Of a stretch of DNA of 32,000 nt, positions 29,256-32,000 are shown in pieces; position 1 is the first letter of the stretch; every line of letters starts with the position of its first letter. A program made the position numbers and the translations under genes. Under the pieces are notes generated by a model, which worked only from the letters and a program-made list of their open reading frames with translations, was not told the origin of the DNA and searched no databases. The stretch is from Schaalia odontolytica (GTDB taxonomy: Bacteria > Actinomycetota > Actinomycetes > Actinomycetales > Actinomycetaceae): assembly GCF_005696695.1 (NCBI RefSeq), contig NZ_CP040006.1:510001-542000 (forward strand), read 5' to 3'.

Positions 29256-29299
29256 GTAAGGGTGTGGCCCGGCATGAAACTGCCGGGCCACACCCTTAC
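29256..29299. terminator. Bidirectional terminator between convergent genes
   Basis: Perfect 19-bp stem GTAAGGGTGTGGCCCGGCA / TGCCGGGCCACACCCTTAC with the 6-nt loop TGAAAC. Confidence 0.75.
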
Positions 29300-29321
29300 C
29301 TGTTGGGGTCTATGCGGATTG

Positions 29322-31115
29322 TCAGATCCAGCTTTGCAGCCACATGTGGGCACGCCAGAAGTCGTAGTCGATGACGTCCCCGCGCCACAGCGGCATGAAG
29401 TAGATGGCGCACCCGAGGATCGCAGCCGTCACGAGCGCGGCAAACGCCCACCCCGTGATCTGAGTCCGGCGACTGGCTGGCGCGGGTTCGGCCGATCCGT
29501 CCATCGTCGCCCACCCCGCGAGGAGCCCAATCATCCATGCGACTGCCAGGGCGACGAAAGGTGCAAACGCGACCGTATAGAAAATAAAGATCGTGCGATG
29601 CGCATAAGCGAGCCACGGAACGTACAGGGCGATGTAGCCGAGGGCAATGATGCCCACACGCCAATTGCGGTAGTAGAACGTGGCGACAAGAACGAGTAAC
29701 AGTGCTCCGATGCCCACCCACCACAGGAGGGGATTGCCGAGGGCGACGACGTCACTCGCGCACTTGCCTGATCGACAGCCCATCACGGCCTCGCCGTTGT
29801 TCCAGTAAAAGGATGTCGCGCGCACCTGTGCGAGCCACGTGAACGGGCTGGACTGGTACTTGTGGGGCGTGTTCAGTCCGTTGTGGAACGCCCACATCTC
29901 CTTGTGGTAGAGCCATAGGTCGGCCAGCTGTCCGGCGAATCCTGTAATGCCGGAACGGCCGTGTCCGTGTGCGGCGGAGTGTGTGAACCAGCCGAACCAG
30001 GAGGCCACGTACGTCAGAATCGCGGTCGGAACCATGAGGACGAACGCCCACCACACGTCTGCGAGGAGTGCTCCGCGGATCGGCGTAGGATGTCCCGCGC
30101 GCCAGCGGCACGTCACCTCGCGCAGTGCGACGAACAGCCCGAGGAAGGCAAGCACGTAAATACCGGACCACTTGACGGAGCAGGCGAGACCCGCGCAGAT
30201 GCCAGCCGCGAAAAGCCACGGGCGGTTTCCTGCATTGGGGCCGATCGCAAAGGGGCGGCGATCGCGCAGTGTCAGGTGCGCCCAAGCGGAGCGCCACCCC
30301 TGCCTCGGCTCGCCCAGTCCATCCCAAGTCGCCAGCTTGGCGATGAGTGCGGGCTGTGCCATGTGCTGATCCTTCACGACGCACAGGAATGCGGCCAGCG
30401 CAAACATCGCGAGGAATCCGTCGAGGATGGATGTGCGGCTCATGACAATCGCCATGCCGTCCGTCGCGAGGAACAGGCCTGCGAGGAGGGTGATGGCGGG
30501 GGAGCGGAACAGGTTCTGCGCGAGGCGGCACAGCAGGAATACGGTGATGACGCCGCAGATTGCCGCCGCGATGCGCCACCCCACCGGATCTGCCTGGCCG
30601 AAGAACTTCATGCCCATCGCGATCAGCCACTTGCCCGTCGGCGGGTGAACGGGATAGCCGCCCACCGCGGACAAGCCGGAGGTGTCGCCGTTCGCGAACG
30701 CGGTGTCGACGTCTTTGGCCCACGTTCCCTCGTATCCGAGGGCGAGGAGTGACCAGGCGTCCTTCACGTAGTAGGTCTCGTCGAAGATGAGCGTGCGGAC
30801 GTTACCCAGTCCTGGCAGTCGGATGAGAGCGGCGACGAGCGTCGCAATCGCTGTCGCTACCCACCCCGCTGTGGGCGTCGACAGGCGCGGCGCCCATCCA
30901 TCGGTCGGGGGAGTGGACGAGGCCTTGGCTGGCTGTGCGGGGACCTCGTCGTTGGTCGCCGGCTCGCGCTCGGGGAGGTCGCTGGCGATCTCGTCGCCTG
31001 CCGCCTCCTGCTCGAGGGGGTCCGCGGTCTCGTCGATCGTGTCGTTGTGTGCGTTCGCAGTATCCATCGCATCCGAGTCTAGCGGCCCTATCGCGCTGAA
31101 AGGAGTGCGGCGCAC
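29322..31115 (-). CDS. Polyprenyl-phosphate-mannose protein O-mannosyltransferase (GT39, Pmt-like) / phospholipid carrier-dependent glycosyltransferase
   Basis: About 580-597 aa polytopic membrane protein. FDETYYVKDAWSLLALGYEG is the conserved loop-1 DE motif of actinobacterial Pmt. Acidic/Pro-rich N-terminal tail. The start is uncertain (GTG 31115 or ATG 31067). Confidence 0.8.
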   Translation of the reverse strand: MRRTPFSAIGPLDSDAMDTANAHNDTIDETADPLEQEAAGDEIASDLPEREPATNDEVPAQPAKASSTPPTDGWAPRLSTPTAGWVATAIATLVAALIRLPGLGNVRTLIFDETYYVKDAWSLLALGYEGTWAKDVDTAFANGDTSGLSAVGGYPVHPPTGKWLIAMGMKFFGQADPVGWRIAAAICGVITVFLLCRLAQNLFRSPAITLLAGLFLATDGMAIVMSRTSILDGFLAMFALAAFLCVVKDQHMAQPALIAKLATWDGLGEPRQGWRSAWAHLTLRDRRPFAIGPNAGNRPWLFAAGICAGLACSVKWSGIYVLAFLGLFVALREVTCRWRAGHPTPIRGALLADVWWAFVLMVPTAILTYVASWFGWFTHSAAHGHGRSGITGFAGQLADLWLYHKEMWAFHNGLNTPHKYQSSPFTWLAQVRATSFYWNNGEAVMGCRSGKCASDVVALGNPLLWWVGIGALLLVLVATFYYRNWRVGIIALGYIALYVPWLAYAHRTIFIFYTVAFAPFVALAVAWMIGLLAGWATMDGSAEPAPASRRTQITGWAFAALVTAAILGCAIYFMPLWRGDVIDYDFWRAHMWLQSWI

Positions 31116-31156
31116 ATTCGCTCTTGCACTTGGAGAGAATGTTCAGCTTGAGCCTC

Positions 31157-31186
31157 TTGAGAATTGTTCTCGCTTGTGGCTATAAT
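31157..31186 (+). promoter_or_regulatory. Promoter of the metal-binding lipoprotein gene
   Basis: TTGAGA (31157-31162), 18-nt spacer, TATAAT (31181-31186), about 33 nt upstream of the ATG at 31219. Overlapped by a GAGAAT(T)GTTC direct repeat. Confidence 0.55.
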
Positions 31187-31218
31187 TTCGTGTACCCGAA
31201 AATTGCACAGGAGCAATA

Positions 31219-32000
31219 ATGTTTTCCTCGACGACGCGCGGCGTAGCAGCCGCCGCTGGGCTGGCCCTGGCAACCGCCTCGCTGGCCGCCTGCTCGCCCT
31301 CCTCCTCGGCCCACGGCCTCGCGGTCGTTGCCACGACCACGCAGATCTGCGACTACGTCACCCAGATCGCCGCGAAATCCGCCGACATTTCCCTCGACAA
31401 GACCGACGCCGCCGGAAAGAGCAGCCACGTCGGCGCGCAGAAAGATGGCGCCGCCCTCTCCATGAGCCTCACCTGCCTGCTCGCCCCCAACGCATCCGCG
31501 CACGAGCACGAGATGACCCCCGCGCAGACCTCGGCACTCGCACAAGCCGACGTCATGGCGGTCTCCGGCGTGGACCTCGAGCACTTCCTCGACGACGCTG
31601 TCGTCTCCTCCGGCTTCAAGGGACGCATGGTTGTCACCTCGGGCGTCCTGACAGCTGCCGACATCGACAACCCGGGTACCCCGGACCCCGAGGGCCCCTA
31701 CACGATTGATCGCGGAAGTGAGCGCGTGGACGTCGCCCCGTGGCCGTTCCCTCCGGAGGAAGCGGGGGAGGAGCCCGAATTCCGCTTCGACCCGCACGTG
31801 TGGACCTCGCCGAAGGGCACCCGCGTCCAGGTCGCTAACCTCGGCGCGGGCCTCGCAGCCGCAGCGCCCGACGCTGCCTCGTCGATCAACGCGGCCACTG
31901 CCTCGTACCTGGAGGACATCGACGCCCTCGATCAGTGGACCGCCGAGGCCATCAAGACCGTGCCGGAAGGCCAGCGCGTGCTCTTTACCTCCCACGACGC
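31219..32000 (+). CDS. Metal (Zn/Mn-type) ABC transporter substrate-binding lipoprotein, ZnuA/TroA family, 3'-truncated by the window end
   Basis: Not in the supplied ORF track because it runs off the window. My own translation from ATG 31219 (RBS AGGAG 5 nt upstream): MFSSTTRGVAAAAGLALATASLAACSPSSS...VVATTTQICDYV...SAHEHEMTPAQ...FRFDPHVWTSP...VLFTSHD. Lipobox LAAC. The HE-E-TP and DPHVW motifs are typical of cluster A-I metal-binding proteins. No in-frame stop through position 32000. Confidence 0.8.
   Translation, partial: MFSSTTRGVAAAAGLALATASLAACSPSSSAHGLAVVATTTQICDYVTQIAAKSADISLDKTDAAGKSSHVGAQKDGAALSMSLTCLLAPNASAHEHEMTPAQTSALAQADVMAVSGVDLEHFLDDAVVSSGFKGRMVVTSGVLTAADIDNPGTPDPEGPYTIDRGSERVDVAPWPFPPEEAGEEPEFRFDPHVWTSPKGTRVQVANLGAGLAAAAPDAASSINAATASYLEDIDALDQWTAEAIKTVPEGQRVLFTSHD

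Noticed and set aside
31180-31995. 271-aa minus-strand ORF and the 181-aa plus-strand ORF 31164..31709
   Set aside because: Both overlap the frame-1 lipoprotein gene, which has an RBS, a lipobox and ZnuA/TroA motifs. The two translations are Arg/Gly-rich nonsense.

Overview
High-GC actinobacterial chromosomal segment. From memory, the 16S sequence looks like the Actinomyces/Schaalia group; I could not search it. No mobile elements, CRISPR arrays or tRNAs were seen. Gene content in order: (1) the 3' end of an unknown CDS and a small MGMT-fold protein without the acceptor cysteine (alkyltransferase-like). (2) A sugar cluster: RbsA/C/B-type ABC importer, L-fucose isomerase, an RhaB-like FGGY kinase, a LacI regulator and the mutarotase FucU. 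It has no fuculose-phosphate aldolase or lactaldehyde enzyme in the window. (3) Directly downstream, a co-directional cluster: DeoR regulator, lipoyl E2, E3, an 817-aa fused E1 alpha+beta, a PHP phosphoesterase, an SrlD-like SDR with an N-terminal extension, and an oversized (533 aa) MDR dehydrogenase. I rank this as the best candidate for an undescribed system. The hypothesis is that an acetoin-dehydrogenase-like complex, with ketose-phosphate reductase/dehydrogenase partners, replaces the aldolase branch of 6-deoxyhexose (fucose) catabolism. (4) An orphan hypothetical gene bracketed by terminators. (5) A convergent alanine/glycine:cation symporter. (6) A complete rrn operon (16S-ITS-23S-5S) with a promoter, long processing stems and a terminator. 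(7) An FMN reductase, a GT39 protein O-mannosyltransferase (minus strand), and a 3'-truncated metal-binding lipoprotein gene that is absent from the ORF track. A GAGGCCGGGG/CCCCGGCCTC hairpin-arm motif recurs at gene boundaries. The many long antisense ORFs are GC-driven shadow ORFs. All homology calls come from motif recognition by eye and memory, not database searches.
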